DNA of 27,315 bases from a virus (Duplodnaviria; Caudoviricetes): IMG/VR virus record IMGVR_UViG_3300031519_000174, positions 1 through 27,315 of that record; one strand, 5' to 3'. The translations under genes were made by a program, and so were the position numbers. Positions within the stretch are counted from its first letter, which is position 1, and each line of letters begins with the position of its first letter. The notes under the pieces were generated by a model. It saw only the letters and a list, made by a program, of their open reading frames with translations, was not told the DNA's origin and made no database searches. Below are positions 26,420 through 27,315 of this stretch, piece by piece.

Positions 26420-26743
26420 TTAGGTCATTTCCAATATACTCGCAAAGGCTTCTAAATCACCTGTAGCTGATGCAATTGCTTTTAGAATGTCACCAGCTTC
26501 TAAATTAATTGGTTTCTCTATTACCAAAGTTGAATCTGCTGGCACATTTACCGTTTTCATTATATGAAATGTAGTACCAGCACTTGTATCTGTTACGGTA
26601 ATATCTACTGTGGCATCATTAGTTCCATCTATATTACTGATGTAGATTGCATGAATAATTCCAGTTGTTGCTGCTGGTGCAGTGTAAAGAGTTGTAGCAC
26701 TATCACCGATGGCTACTCCTGCATTTTTAAAAGTATTAGCCAT
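26420..26743 (-). CDS. Small beta-rich virion protein (MANTFK...LEAGD type)
   Basis: 107 aa: MANTFKN, TLYTAP, VPADSTL, LEAGDIL, SILE. Follows an ORF ending AMAIVFGG, a pairing I recognise from marine phage structural modules. Confidence 0.75.
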   Translation of the reverse strand: MANTFKNAGVAIGDSATTLYTAPAATTGIIHAIYISNIDGTNDATVDITVTDTSAGTTFHIMKTVNVPADSTLVIEKPINLEAGDILKAIASATGDLEAFASILEMT

Positions 26744-26745
26744 TA

Positions 26746-26967
26746 TTATCCTCCAAAGACTATTGCCATCGCCGTAGCGTGGTCTACTACTGATGAACCT
26801 TGTTCAAAAACTCTACCAGTTCCATGTGTATTAATACTACCACTTGCGGTCAAAACATATTGACCTATGGATGGATTATCACTACCCGATACAAAAAATG
26901 ATCCAGTAGCTACCGAAAATGAACCCGAAAGTATCGGATTTAGTTGTTTTCCTTTTAACTTTGCCAT
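26746..26967 (-). CDS. Small structural protein with SGS repeats and a C-terminal AMAIVFGG motif
   Basis: 73 aa. Its terminal GGA GGA codons also form the RBS of the next gene. Confidence 0.7.
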   Translation of the reverse strand: MAKLKGKQLNPILSGSFSVATGSFFVSGSDNPSIGQYVLTASGSINTHGTGRVFEQGSSVVDHATAMAIVFGG

Positions 26968-27245
26968 TTATTAAAATCCCTATATCTTAAACTTTCCTTT
27001 TCTTTTTTCTCTTGCCACCATACAGTCATTCCTTGTGAAATATTCTTTTTATGTTCTTTTGCTTTTGGTTGTTTCATTTTTTCAATGGTTTCCATAGCAA
27101 GTTTTCTATCAGATTGTGCACAAGATTTACATACAGCGTTATTTCCCATTGCACGGTCAAAAGTATCCTTTCGAGTATAATAGATAACTCTATTACAATC
27201 AGGACACTTTCTATTTTTTCTATCTGACCAAGTTCGTTTTCTCAT
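26955..27245 (-). CDS. Zn-finger (CxxC...CxxC) plus NUMOD3-like DNA-binding protein; no nuclease domain seen
   Basis: CPDC...CKSC followed by ETIEKMK...EHKKNIS. I reassigned the start to the ATG at 27245, because the longer start at 27260 lies upstream of the promoter-like motif. Confidence 0.65.
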   Translation of the reverse strand: MRKRTWSDRKNRKCPDCNRVIYYTRKDTFDRAMGNNAVCKSCAQSDRKLAMETIEKMKQPKAKEHKKNISQGMTVWWQEKKEKESLRYRDFNKWQS

Positions 27246-27248
27246 ACT

Positions 27249-27258
27249 AATAAATATC
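27249..27258 (-). promoter_or_regulatory. GATATTTATT variant promoter
   Basis: One mismatch; 3 nt upstream of the ATG at 27245. Confidence 0.55.
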
Positions 27259-27315
27259 AATTATTAAAAAATAGTAGAAGAAAAGTGGAACATTAAATCA
27301 AATCTTCGACCATCT

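Noticed and set aside
801-26863. All plus-strand ORFs in the track (e.g. 13319-13948, 20611-21126, 22038-22451) and the nested minus ORF 12951-13154
   Set aside because: They lie antisense to or inside well-supported genes, have no recognisable motifs, and look like shadow ORFs.
27259-27315. 3' end of an upstream gene at the right edge
   Set aside because: Too short to determine the frame or product.
1-27315. CRISPR array, tRNA, intron/intein, DGR or invertible fibre cassette
   Set aside because: I saw no spaced direct repeats, cloverleaf, splicing motifs, reverse transcriptase or recombinase. The fibre duplication differs at mixed third positions rather than specifically at adenines.

Overview
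AT-rich fragment of a large tailed dsDNA phage with a contractile tail (myovirus morphology, distantly T4-like genes). All credible genes are on the minus strand and read with the standard code. In transcription order (high to low coordinates) the window holds: a Zn-finger/NUMOD3 protein; several Ser/Thr/Gly-rich virion and tail-fibre genes, one with a peptidase-S74 chaperone; tail sheath; tail tube; a small holin-like gene; a gp26-like chaperone whose gp51-like extension has no start codon of its own and is most simply reached by a +1/-2 frameshift at a U7 run; tape measure; tube-initiator, LysM and hub proteins; ThyX; a very compact family-A DNA polymerase; a large nuclease-like protein; a hypothetical protein; and a GH6 (cellulase-family) catalytic domain. 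Notable non-coding signals are a recurrent sense-strand motif GATATTTATA (containing the reverse complement of the T4 late promoter TATAAATA), a 50-nt GC-rich three-way-junction RNA candidate just upstream of a tail-fibre RBS, a 5'-leader hairpin at the left end and an intrinsic terminator after the sheath gene. I saw no tRNA, rRNA, CRISPR array or intact mobile element. All family assignments come from motif recognition by eye, not from database searches.
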